From Candidatus Poribacteria bacterium (GTDB lineage Bacteria > Poribacteria > WGA-4E > PCPOR2b), in the NCBI GenBank assembly GCA_965208325.1, contig OZ242326.1, positions 1,792,001-1,856,000 of the forward strand: a DNA stretch of 64,000 nucleotides, read 5' to 3'. Positions within the stretch are counted from its first letter, which is position 1, and every line of letters starts with the position of its first letter. Below are positions 20,127 to 29,469 of this stretch, in pieces. A model generated the notes under the pieces. That model saw nothing but the letters and a program-made list of their open reading frames with translations. It searched no databases and was not told where the DNA came from. Position numbers and translations under genes: made by a program.

Positions 20127-21140
20127 TCATCCTTTGAATGGCGGCAACAGTTGCGGCTTTTCAACAAGCCAAAATTCACCGCGGCTGGTGTCCGCGAGCA
20201 TTTTCAACAACACCGCGCCGGGGAAATCTTCAGCCATTTCGGTCGCCATCGCAAATATTTTCGTCTTGCCGCCAGTTTGTTTTTCGACTGCCTTGATATC
20301 TGGGAAACCCGACGTCAAAATGCCGTCAGTGAATAGGACGATGATTGTCGGTTGTATTTTATTCGCGTCATGAAGCGCTTCGAACATATCCTTGTCGACA
20401 TAACGCGCGCTTTTCTTGGGTTTCGCGGCTTCGAGGTACGCTATCGCGCTGGAGACATTTTCATCAGTCACAGCAAGAAAATCAGGTTGATAAAATTCGA
20501 CCTCCCTACTGAACGTCATGATGTTAAACTGGTCGTGCAGCTCAAGAAACGCCAACGAATCCTGCAAAATAGCAATTATCTTCTTTAGTTTACGCGGTTT
20601 TAAACCGAGCATGCTTGATGACAGGTCCACACAATAAATGATCTGTTGCGGATTCGGCTGTTTCTCAATGAATTTCACCAATCGGCTTTTTGGAGGCCCT
20701 TCCTCGACGGGCGCTGACTTTACAGGAGAATTGGCCGTTTTGCGCACGGGCGGCGCGATTCTCACAGTGTTGGCAGTTAAGTTGCCGCCGCTGAAATCAA
20801 GCGAGCCGAGATCGCCTAACTTTGTCGGCGCTGCCGCCGAAACAACGCCTCGCTGCGTCACCGGAGCGTTACTCGTCAGGATTTTTAGGTTCGGTTGGTT
20901 CGTTGTAATGTTTGTCTCGGTACGATTCCGTATTCGAGCCCTTTTGGGACGGCTTATCCTTTTGACTCGCGGTTTTTCGACCTTCATCAGCACAGCGTTC
21001 ACTGCTCCTTCATCCAACCGCAGGTCAGCGTTGGGCCAGAAAAAGAACCCAACGATACCGGCAATAATATGCACGAAAACCGATACGGCAAACGCGCTGC
21101 TTGCTTTGTGTCGTGATCTCATTCGGGATAACCTTGTCAT
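20127..21140 (-). CDS. Membrane-anchored VWA domain protein
   Basis: N-terminal TM SVFVHII, MIDAS motif DLSSSM, DQFNIMTFS, IVLFTDG. Confidence 0.88.
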   Translation of the reverse strand: MTRLSRMRSRHKASSAFAVSVFVHIIAGIVGFFFWPNADLRLDEGAVNAVLMKVEKPRVKRISRPKRARIRNRTETNITTNQPNLKILTSNAPVTQRGVVSAAAPTKLGDLGSLDFSGGNLTANTVRIAPPVRKTANSPVKSAPVEEGPPKSRLVKFIEKQPNPQQIIYCVDLSSSMLGLKPRKLKKIIAILQDSLAFLELHDQFNIMTFSREVEFYQPDFLAVTDENVSSAIAYLEAAKPKKSARYVDKDMFEALHDANKIQPTIIVLFTDGILTSGFPDIKAVEKQTGGKTKIFAMATEMAEDFPGAVLLKMLADTSRGEFWLVEKPQLLPPFKG

Positions 21141-21303
21141 GAAATGGCGCTCGAATGCACTCGCATTTTTCCCTTCGAACGCAAGTAATTCCTCAAAACT
21201 CGAGCGCAGTTTTTCTTTTGATTCAGGGTGTGGTTTCGAGTATAATCGTGATTGCCGATACGTATTATAAACCTTTTATCGACAATGAAACAAGGAGAAA
21301 ATT

Positions 21304-22359
21304 ATGGGGCGAACAGGCAGAGCAGTTATAGCACAGGGACAGGATTTCGAGGTTCGCGAGTATCCCGTGCCAGACCCGGAACCGGGTACCGTTCTACTGC
21401 GCCAGGAATTGGCGGGCATTTGCGGTACTGACCTACACTTCTGGCAAAAAGGGTTCGACGAAGAGGTTTTATTGGGGCACGAGAATGTAGGGATTGTCGA
21501 AGCGCTCGGGAAGGGCGTAAAGACTGACTACGTCGGCAAGCCCATCCGTGAAGGGGATCGTGTCATATTCGCACCGGCAGCAGACGACGGCGGGTACGGT
21601 TTCCAATATAATCCCGATAAGCCGCCGCATTTTCGCGGCGGGTTCGCCGATTTCATTTACCTCTGTTGTCCGCGTACCTGTTTCATCAAAACAGACCTGC
21701 CGCAAGAAGCAGCTGTGATGACGGAGCCGTTCACCATCGGCGTACATGCCGTGATGCGCGCCAAACTGCAGTTTGGAGATACGGTTGTGATTCAGGGTTC
21801 CGGCGCAATCGGGTTAGTGACGTTGGCGTGCGCAAAGGTTAGTGGTGCTGCGAAGCTGATTATGGTTGGCGGGCCCGCCGAGCGGCTTGAACTCGCCAGC
21901 CGGATGGGCGCCGATGTTACTATTGACATTGAGAAGGTAACGTCGGTGGCTGAACGTACCGAGCTAGTCAAATCACATACGCCCAAAAACGCCGGCGCAG
22001 ATGTTGTCTTTGAGTGCGCCGGGTTCCTACCAGCCATCCCCGAGGGATTGGGCTACGTTAAGCACAGCGGCACATTTTGTGAGGTCGGTCATTTTGTCGA
22101 TGTCGGTTCAATAGACTTCAATCCGAACCAATTGCTGATGGTTAATAATATCCGTTTAGAGGCGGTATGGGGAAGCTGGGATGAGCATTTTGTACGCGGG
22201 TTCCCAATACTTGAGAAAAACGAGTTTCCGTTCGCCGACATGGTGAGCCATAAACTGCCGCTTTCCCGCGTCTGCGAGGGTTTTGATGCGCTGGACGGAA
22301 AGTATCGGTTAGGCGGGGAAACGGTCATAAAAATCGCCGTTGATGCGCAAGCGGAGTAA
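21304..22359 (+). CDS. Zinc-binding alcohol dehydrogenase family protein
   Basis: GICGTDLH, LGHENVG, GSGAIG. Confidence 0.93.
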   Translation: MGRTGRAVIAQGQDFEVREYPVPDPEPGTVLLRQELAGICGTDLHFWQKGFDEEVLLGHENVGIVEALGKGVKTDYVGKPIREGDRVIFAPAADDGGYGFQYNPDKPPHFRGGFADFIYLCCPRTCFIKTDLPQEAAVMTEPFTIGVHAVMRAKLQFGDTVVIQGSGAIGLVTLACAKVSGAAKLIMVGGPAERLELASRMGADVTIDIEKVTSVAERTELVKSHTPKNAGADVVFECAGFLPAIPEGLGYVKHSGTFCEVGHFVDVGSIDFNPNQLLMVNNIRLEAVWGSWDEHFVRGFPILEKNEFPFADMVSHKLPLSRVCEGFDALDGKYRLGGETVIKIAVDAQAE

Positions 22360-22426
22360 TGGACAATTTCAGATCGGCCATGTCCCCAAGTTTGCTCGTT
22401 GCGCTTTCAAGCCATTGCGGCGCCGG

Positions 22427-23464
22427 CTACTCTGTGCTTTCGCCTATTCTCTCAACAATGGCGCCAGCCAAAAGCGGAATCATGATTTCGTGGTGTCCGG
22501 TAAAGGTAAACCCCTTTCCGCCGATGGTAGTCGGGCGTTTGACGACGTTTTCTAAGGGGCGGTACTGCTGAATCATATCGAAATCTGCTGTGGTGAAGTG
22601 GGTGACGTGATGACCGAGATTTCGCGCGATCGTTAGCGCCTTGAGAAAGACTTCGGGCAATATCACTGCGGAACCGAGGTTTAGAATTACGCCCCCATTT
22701 CCGAGTTCAGCGACGACCGCAGTCAATATGCGAAAATCGGTGAAACTAGTCTCTCCGATTGCTGCACCATTTGCCGTCGGGTGTTGATGAATAATATCTG
22801 TCCCAATTGCCACATGCACGGTTACGGGAATGCCGAGCCGGCAAGCTGCGGCGAGTAGGCTTTTATCCTGAAAATGCGCCTCCAGTTCAATCAACTTTAG
22901 TCCCAGACCTTCTCCCATGCCGACACCCTTGGCGGCTGCGTCACTGAAGGCTTCATTCATGTATCGCCCGGTTTCTTCAACCATGCCAAACTCGCCGGAC
23001 TGAAGGTATCGACCGACATCTTCAGATGTCTCTCCGATGAGGGCGATTTCAAAATCGTGGATGCTCGTTGCGCCGTTGCACACAAGGGCAGTGACAATGC
23101 CGCGCTCCATCAGATCGATTAGCACTGTGCTTAATCCACACTTGACCACATGCCCGCCCGCCATGACGATGATTGGTTTTTGCCGCCGATAAGCCTCAGC
23201 GATTAGATTGGCGAGTTCTAAGAGATCGGCAGCTTTAAGGATTTTGGGCAATCTCGACAGATATTCGTGAATTCCCGTTTGCGATGAAATAGGAGCGGCA
23301 AAATCGCGGACTGACACCTTGTTAATTCGATTCCGAATGGGATAGGTCTTTACGTCGTCGAGATTAACAGGCTTCCAATTTCTATTCTCTTTCATTGCGC
23401 ATAAGGGGGGCGGTTTCATTTTCACGATTCCTGATTTCTTGTTTAACAATGCGGCGGATTGCAT
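22427..23464 (-). CDS. Deoxyhypusine-synthase-like protein of unknown function (likely start ATG 23395)
   Basis: MAGGHVVKCGLS, NGATSIHDFE, TSEDV...GEFGMVEETG, GSAVILPEVFLKAL, GHHEIMIPLL. Confidence 0.7.
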   Translation of the reverse strand: MQSAALLNKKSGIVKMKPPPLCAMKENRNWKPVNLDDVKTYPIRNRINKVSVRDFAAPISSQTGIHEYLSRLPKILKAADLLELANLIAEAYRRQKPIIVMAGGHVVKCGLSTVLIDLMERGIVTALVCNGATSIHDFEIALIGETSEDVGRYLQSGEFGMVEETGRYMNEAFSDAAAKGVGMGEGLGLKLIELEAHFQDKSLLAAACRLGIPVTVHVAIGTDIIHQHPTANGAAIGETSFTDFRILTAVVAELGNGGVILNLGSAVILPEVFLKALTIARNLGHHVTHFTTADFDMIQQYRPLENVVKRPTTIGGKGFTFTGHHEIMIPLLAGAIVERIGESTE

Positions 23465-24213
23465 TAACGTTTCCCTGTCAACGGAACAAACCGGACGGGA
23501 AATATCTGTTTGGTTATGACGGAACCGTCGGCTTCTTTTTTAACAAGCATCAGCGTTTGCACTTGAAACCGCCCGCCGACGGGTATGCACATAATTCCGC
23601 CGGGCTTGAGTTGGCGCACGAGAGGCGGCGGAATGTGATCCGCAGCGGCGGTGACGATAATGGCGTCGAACGGCGCATGTTTTTCCCAACCGTAGTAGCC
23701 GTCTCCAATCTTTACCGTCAGGTTTTTATATCCGAGTCGTTCCAGCCGTTTTTTTGCTTTTTCACCCAATTTTTCAATAATCTCAATTGTGTAGACGTGG
23801 TTGACCAACTCAGCCAAAACCGCCGCTTGATACCCTGAACCCGTACCAACTTCAAGCACTTTGTGCTCCTTGTTGGGTTTCAACAGTTCCGTCATATATG
23901 CGACAATGTACGGCTGTGAGATTGTCTGATCGTATCCGATCGGCAGTGGGTGATCGGCGTAGGCGCGGTGTTTGTCCAGGTCACGGACAAATTCATGGCG
24001 AAGCACGCGCCGCATGGCGTCTAAAACCCGTTCGTTTTCCACACCCTTGCGGCCATCCCTGACACCGCGCTGGTCGATCTGTGTCGCCACCATTTTTTCG
24101 CGCTCGGTTTTGTAATGCGCATCACCGCTATCGCCAAAGCTGAGTTGCGGTATGGCCGCAAATAGAGAACACCCAAGCAGAATAAAGATGTAGTTTGCGT
24201 ACCTCGAATTCAT
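23464..24213 (-). CDS. pcm: Protein-L-isoaspartate O-methyltransferase with an N-terminal signal-like segment
   Basis: QTISQPYIVAYM, VLEVGTGSGYQAAVLA, GDGYYGW...APFDAIIVTAA, VRFVPL. Confidence 0.96.
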   Translation of the reverse strand: MNSRYANYIFILLGCSLFAAIPQLSFGDSGDAHYKTEREKMVATQIDQRGVRDGRKGVENERVLDAMRRVLRHEFVRDLDKHRAYADHPLPIGYDQTISQPYIVAYMTELLKPNKEHKVLEVGTGSGYQAAVLAELVNHVYTIEIIEKLGEKAKKRLERLGYKNLTVKIGDGYYGWEKHAPFDAIIVTAAADHIPPPLVRQLKPGGIMCIPVGGRFQVQTLMLVKKEADGSVITKQIFPVRFVPLTGKR

Positions 24214-24316
24214 GTCATACCTTATTTATTATTTATTAAGTGACTGGTGATTGGTGCAGACCAGACCTAGAGAATCCTGGTTAACCTACTAAGGTTCTAT
24301 GGGATTATAGAAGCGC

Positions 24317-24687
24317 TTGAGTTGGGAATAAGCCGGGTTCTGTCCCCTAATTTGCTTTCGCGCATCAGGGTGATGATCATTCATCTGGGATTGATGTTTC
24401 CATCAACCTCATGCGGCTCACCCGAGGACTAGGCGGGCGCACCCATACACGTCCTTCTATTTGGCCTTGCTCCAGGCGGGGTTTACCTAGCTCCCGATGT
24501 CGCCACCGGGACTGGTGCGCTTTTACCGCACCGTTTCACCTGTACAACGCATAGCGCGTTGTAGTCTACTCTCTGTTGCACTTTCCATAGCGTCACCGCT
24601 CCTGGGAGTTACCCAGCGCCTCGCCCTGCGGAGCCCGGACTTTCCTCATCCCGATTTTATCGGAACGCGACCATCTACCCAACTCAA
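24317..24687 (-). ncRNA. rnpB: RNase P RNA (type A)
   Basis: Minus strand has GAGGAAAGTCCGGGCTCC near the 5' end, AGGGTGCAACAGAG-like, GGTGAAACGGTGCGGTAAAAGCGCACC and GGTAAACCCCGCCTGGAGCAAG internally, and ACAGAACCCGGCTTAT at the 3' end. Terminal helix GCTTGAGTTGGG/CCCAACTCAAGC. Confidence 0.98.
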
Positions 24688-24696
24688 GCTGCATAA

Positions 24697-24725
24697 ATAA
24701 TAACATACCGCACTTTACACGTCAA
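24697..24725 (-). promoter_or_regulatory. Sigma70-type promoter of rnpB
   Basis: TTGACG-17 nt-TATTAT ending about 8 nt before the P1 helix. Confidence 0.75.
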
Positions 24726-25234
24726 CTTCCCGGCTGTGTACGGCGAATTATATTGCATGAGAGGTTCGCCTGCTTGCGTCAGCACTTGGTGAGAACGGCG
24801 GTTCATTTCATCGTTAGTTGCACAAAAAAGAACATTATTCGTCAAAAGTGCACCGTTTAGTGCAAGATCCATGAAGAATGTGGATTTGCCTGTCATACCG
24901 CTTGAAGGCTATTTCCGGCGCCGAAAAACGTAATCCTGCCCGTATGCTTTGTTAGATCATGCCTTTCAATCTCGAACAGCGACTAATTTGAAGGCACTTT
25001 TGGGTTTTGGCATATAATTTGCGCTTAATCCTATTCTAGCACCTGATTCAGTTTCGACAGCTTAGGCAACCGTGCAATTTAAACCATTTAAATTAGCGGG
25101 ACGCCGCGTTTCCAGTTCAGAATCACCCTTGTACACATGACGGGGCGTGCGGAAAATGTCCTATGGGCAAGCAAAACGCCATGGTTACATTTTTTGCCTA
25201 ATCACATAGCTGCACCTAATGAAAGGAGAATACG

Positions 25235-26032
25235 ATGAAATGTGTATTTGTCGCCTTGGTAATTTGTCTATTAGGTTGCGGACATGAACATCCTGAATAT
25301 ATTTTGACTGATCAGGATCGCGACTTAATTGAACATACACATGATTATGCGTCAATAGGTCATGAACACGATTTAACTGAACACGATCACGACTATGCCT
25401 CGATTTCTCATAAACATGAATCCACCCTGATTGAACACACTCACCCCGCAGTTCGTTCACGGCTAAATAGGCTTGAGTTAAACCGCGACCATACCCACAC
25501 CGATTTACAGTCACGGATAAACACTCACGATCATGAGGTACCTCAGTTAACATTTGATACATGCCCAATTCCGCATTTAAATACGGATTGGAAAGGAAGA
25601 TCTACATTCTTCTTTTTCCCTGATAACTCCGGTAATGTATTGCTGTCAAATGGCGAATACGGCGCGTTAGCGATAAGCAGTTACGGGAGACGCGGGGATT
25701 ACGATTACGTGGTTGGTGGACGGGTGATTAACTCTATTAGCATTTCGGTAAGCCATAGGGGTACCGACAGCGGTAATGAACGCGGGGAACCGGTCCCAGA
25801 CGGCAAATTGGCAGATGCTGAGGTAACCAAGTATGGCGGCAATAATTCTTGGGTTGGTTTGGACCGGGATCATGAAATCCTGTTGTATAATTTGGCAAGC
25901 CAAGGTGACGTAAGTGGAGCGTCAGCATCAATTACGTGCGTGCCTGAAGAGGAAAAAGAGGCGCCCGAGCTTGCTTTAAAGCTAACTAATTTAGCAAAGG
26001 ATTTAATCAATATAATGGAGAGAAGTGAATGA
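25235..26032 (+). CDS. Lipoprotein with N-terminal HxH repeats
   Basis: RBS AAAGGAG. Lipobox LLGC. Eight HxH motifs (HEH, HTHDYA, HEH, HDHDYA, HKH, HTH, HTH, HDH) in the first 101 aa. Confidence 0.8.
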   Translation: MKCVFVALVICLLGCGHEHPEYILTDQDRDLIEHTHDYASIGHEHDLTEHDHDYASISHKHESTLIEHTHPAVRSRLNRLELNRDHTHTDLQSRINTHDHEVPQLTFDTCPIPHLNTDWKGRSTFFFFPDNSGNVLLSNGEYGALAISSYGRRGDYDYVVGGRVINSISISVSHRGTDSGNERGEPVPDGKLADAEVTKYGGNNSWVGLDRDHEILLYNLASQGDVSGASASITCVPEEEKEAPELALKLTNLAKDLINIMERSE

Positions 26033-26479
26033 GTGATATGGTGTACAAATTCGGATAGCCGTGCGTGTGGCGAATAAACCAGATTGTGACGCAGCATAGG
26101 GGATGGCGCACAGATTTAGTCCCTTCCTCGCCGACTAAAACCCCTGTCCTAGTCGCCGAAATACCTATTTTTCCGCTTGGCATGGGTGTTCGCAGTTTCA
26201 TACTGATGGCCGTCCGTGAGAAAAATAAATTGCGCAAGTAATGCCGAGAGTTGTTCTTGGCCTCGGAGCAGTCTGTCCACAACTCTTTTATTGCCGAACT
26301 GTTGGCGGCAAGGAAGTTGGGCAGTCTCGTTGACCGACGGGTTGCCCCCTTGTGTCTGCACCGGATTGTCACTCGGCACGGCATGGCGACGCCGGCTAGT
26401 TTTTTGCGAAACAGTGCAACCCGTCTTTACTTAGTGATTCCGCCTCATCAGAAACCAGAATCCGATCTATCTTCTCCCT

Positions 26480-27517
26480 CTATCGCTTCTGCATTTCCGG
26501 ATACAACGGTTGAATTTCCACCCCATATTGAAACTCTGCGACCGATCGATAACGTCTAGCGAGGTCGATGACGAGATAGGACGGTTCGCCGGGCGATGCG
26601 CCGTAACCGGTGGTTAAAATAAGTTGGCGCTCGCCTAGCCTCGCCACGCCATCGTTGATTATTTTTTTTGGAAAGTACCCCAGCGGCGTGTGCCCAACAA
26701 TCAACACGCTGCCGCCGATGTGTTTAAGAAAGGTGTCCGTTTCTGTAGGCGTGTGCCCGCCAGCCTGAACAACGATTGAGCGGCCCCAAAGCAATTCTTC
26801 AAGCACCTTTGAACTCGGCATGACAAGGCTAGAAAGGCTTTTAACGGCACGTGAAATACCAGCGTGAATGCCAACGAAACCGTTTTTTGCAACGACAGCG
26901 GTTGGAAGGGTATGCAAGAACTTGTAGTGTTCGTCCGTCATCCGCTCGATAAAATTGAACTGCTGGAAATATGCGCCTTGCGGACTACGATAAAGAGCAC
27001 CAATCAGTTGTTCACGGTTGGCTGCGTTCAATCCGTGTTGCTTAAGCAGCGCATAGGTGTTCGCGGCTTCGAACTCGTGATTGCCTTTGATGCAAATCAA
27101 CCGCTCTCCTAATGCGCCAAGCTGTTTCTTGAGTTTCATCAACTTGTCAACAATCTTCGTATCGCCGTCCGGTTCAAAAACCGGATCGCCCGGTTTGTGG
27201 TCTACAACATCACCGATAATCAGTCCGTAGACATCCGCCCCTGATTCAATGCGCGAAATTAAGTCCGTTCGGTCAAGCCACTGATTAAAGTCACGCCAAT
27301 GCGCATGAAAATCCGCCGCAATGTACACCGTTCCGTGATCTGGGAGGATAATCAACCCGCCGTCGCGCACCAGTTCATTCGGGTAATCGGCAAGCTGCTT
27401 ATTACGTTGGGACGGGTTTGATTCCAAAACTTTGGTGGAAGCGCTCAATCCCATTGCTAACAGGCAGCAGAGCGCCATCCAAGTGGATAGATGGAATCGA
27501 AGCGACGCAGATGTCAT
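26480..27517 (-). CDS. Secreted calcineurin-like metallophosphoesterase
   Basis: DFH, GDVVD, GNHE, HAG and GHTP motifs. Signal peptide. Confidence 0.9.
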   Translation of the reverse strand: MTSASLRFHLSTWMALCCLLAMGLSASTKVLESNPSQRNKQLADYPNELVRDGGLIILPDHGTVYIAADFHAHWRDFNQWLDRTDLISRIESGADVYGLIIGDVVDHKPGDPVFEPDGDTKIVDKLMKLKKQLGALGERLICIKGNHEFEAANTYALLKQHGLNAANREQLIGALYRSPQGAYFQQFNFIERMTDEHYKFLHTLPTAVVAKNGFVGIHAGISRAVKSLSSLVMPSSKVLEELLWGRSIVVQAGGHTPTETDTFLKHIGGSVLIVGHTPLGYFPKKIINDGVARLGERQLILTTGYGASPGEPSYLVIDLARRYRSVAEFQYGVEIQPLYPEMQKR

Positions 27518-27740
27518 CGAATTGTTCTCCTTTACGCCAATTGAACGGAGGATGAGTTTTTCGGCACGACTAGCGACGCAACGTAATGCGATCGACCTGT
27601 GCTCAATACCGTTATGGCCGAGTAAATTATATCCTAGCCGAACGCCTTAATCAACAAGTTCGATGCGCCTTCGAAAAGATTGACCATGTCTCCGGTTCCG
27701 GAAACGCCGCTTGCTTTTTCGCTTTGCCCTTTAATATACC

Positions 27741-27769
27741 TTGACATACTTTTTCTACTGAAGTATTCT
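27741..27769 (+). promoter_or_regulatory. Sigma70-type promoter
   Basis: TTGACA-17 nt-TATTCT upstream of the 27897 gene. Confidence 0.6.
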
Positions 27770-27896
27770 GAATTGCTAAATCTGAATCCACCGGGAACAC
27801 ACCGAAAAGGTTTTTCATGCAAACAACCCGCTGCCAATTTTCGCCCATTTTCCCAATTCAGATAATCCTAACGGTCAAGTGTAGAAAGGGGAACTC

Positions 27897-29177
27897 ATGA
27901 AAGTTATTGATGTGGAACGCACTATTGTCGATGTACCGTATACGCCGCGGCAGAGCCAGATTACCATAGAGAGTGTATCGACAGTTTATAACTGGTCTGT
28001 TTTAGAGATGTGTAAAGTAACCACCGATACCGGACATGTTGGATGGGGCGAGACGGTGATTCACTACACCTATGGACGCACCACTGACGAGAGTGTACAG
28101 CGTGTCTTGGGCGAGAGTCCTGCCAAATGGATGAACGACGATTCAATTGGCGCAGGTTTGCAGATGGCGCTTTTCGATGTTGTCGGAAAAATCCTGGAAG
28201 TGCCGGTCCACGAACTGATTGGGACGAAAGTTAGGGATACGGTGCCAATTTCGTGGTGGTCGATAGACGCTTCACCGCAAAAATGGGCGGATGAAGCCAA
28301 AGATGCCGTGGCGCGCGGTTATACCAGCTTCAAGAATAAGGTGCGTCCATGGTGGGACATCGTCGAGCAGGTTGATGCAATTTGCAATGTTGTCCCGCCG
28401 GATTTCAAACTCGATTTAGATCCAAACGCTTCTTTCCGAGATGCAGCGACCGCCAAACCTATCATGGAGAAGTTGGCTAAATACGACAACGTAGCCATGT
28501 TTGAAACACCGATACCGCAGGAACACATAGCAGACAATAAACAAATTCGAGCGGAGACAGACCGTCCCATCGCGATGCACTTCGGATCGCCGCCGTACAC
28601 CGTAAACGTCCGGGAATCCGTGTGCGACGGGTTTGTTATCAGTGGCGGAAAATCCGATGTCGTGCGGCAAGGGCTGTTAAGCGCTGAGGCAGATTTGCCT
28701 TTCTGGTTGCAGATAGTGGGAACCGGATTGACGACTACTTGGGCGGGGCATCTGGGCGCAGTTCTCACCCACGCCACTTGGCCTGCGATTACGTGCTTAA
28801 ACATCTACAACCATCATTTGCTGACAAAGCCTGTTGAAGTCGTCGACGGATGCCACAGAATTCCGGACACTCCCGGTCTGGGCGTCGAAGTTGACGAAGA
28901 TGCCGTTGAAAGGTACCGCGCGCCCGATGAAAAACTTGACGCCGAGGGGCTTTACATACACCCCGAGCCTCGGATTATCAAGACGGCCGTATATTCAGAT
29001 GGCAGTTGTATCCATATGGAGGGCGACCGCCTAGAATATTTCAATAGCGGCGAAGGAGAAGCCCAAGTAGAGGGTGCGCGTTTGGAGGTGTGGTACGACG
29101 ATGGCTCAAGTGAGTGGGCAGATTTGTTCCAGCGAGTGCAAAAGTGTCCGGAACCAGGCCTGTGGCAGGAACGATAA
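27897..29177 (+). CDS. Mandelate racemase/muconate lactonizing enzyme (enolase superfamily) protein
   Basis: TDTGHVGWGE, MALFDVVGK, GYTSFKNK (KxK), LDPN, FETP, PGLGVEVDE. Confidence 0.92.
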   Translation: MKVIDVERTIVDVPYTPRQSQITIESVSTVYNWSVLEMCKVTTDTGHVGWGETVIHYTYGRTTDESVQRVLGESPAKWMNDDSIGAGLQMALFDVVGKILEVPVHELIGTKVRDTVPISWWSIDASPQKWADEAKDAVARGYTSFKNKVRPWWDIVEQVDAICNVVPPDFKLDLDPNASFRDAATAKPIMEKLAKYDNVAMFETPIPQEHIADNKQIRAETDRPIAMHFGSPPYTVNVRESVCDGFVISGGKSDVVRQGLLSAEADLPFWLQIVGTGLTTTWAGHLGAVLTHATWPAITCLNIYNHHLLTKPVEVVDGCHRIPDTPGLGVEVDEDAVERYRAPDEKLDAEGLYIHPEPRIIKTAVYSDGSCIHMEGDRLEYFNSGEGEAQVEGARLEVWYDDGSSEWADLFQRVQKCPEPGLWQER

Positions 29178-29469
29178 GATAGTCGGAAAATCTATTACTT
29201 CGTCCGCGTTTTTTGTTGTGCGGCAAATTAATTTTCGCGTGGACCAATTCAGATTAAACTCTCTACCCTCCCAATCGTCCATGTTAATAACACCAGTTCA
29301 ACCAGACGGAATTAGCAGTTCACTGCAAGGAAGCCGCGCGCGCTAAGCGCAGTCCCGCCTAATAGTCCTAATTCAAGGATTTGTAACTGTAAAATCCGCG
29401 GTTGGATTCTCGCCCAAAATTTGGCACGATTCGCCAAACCACAACAAAAAACACAATGAGGTAGAAAAA

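Noticed and set aside
20638..21270. Longer antisense ORFs (also 41983-42573, 49298-49855, 49961-50506, 51965-52504)
   Set aside because: They are shadows on the opposite strand of well-supported genes, with no motifs or RBS.
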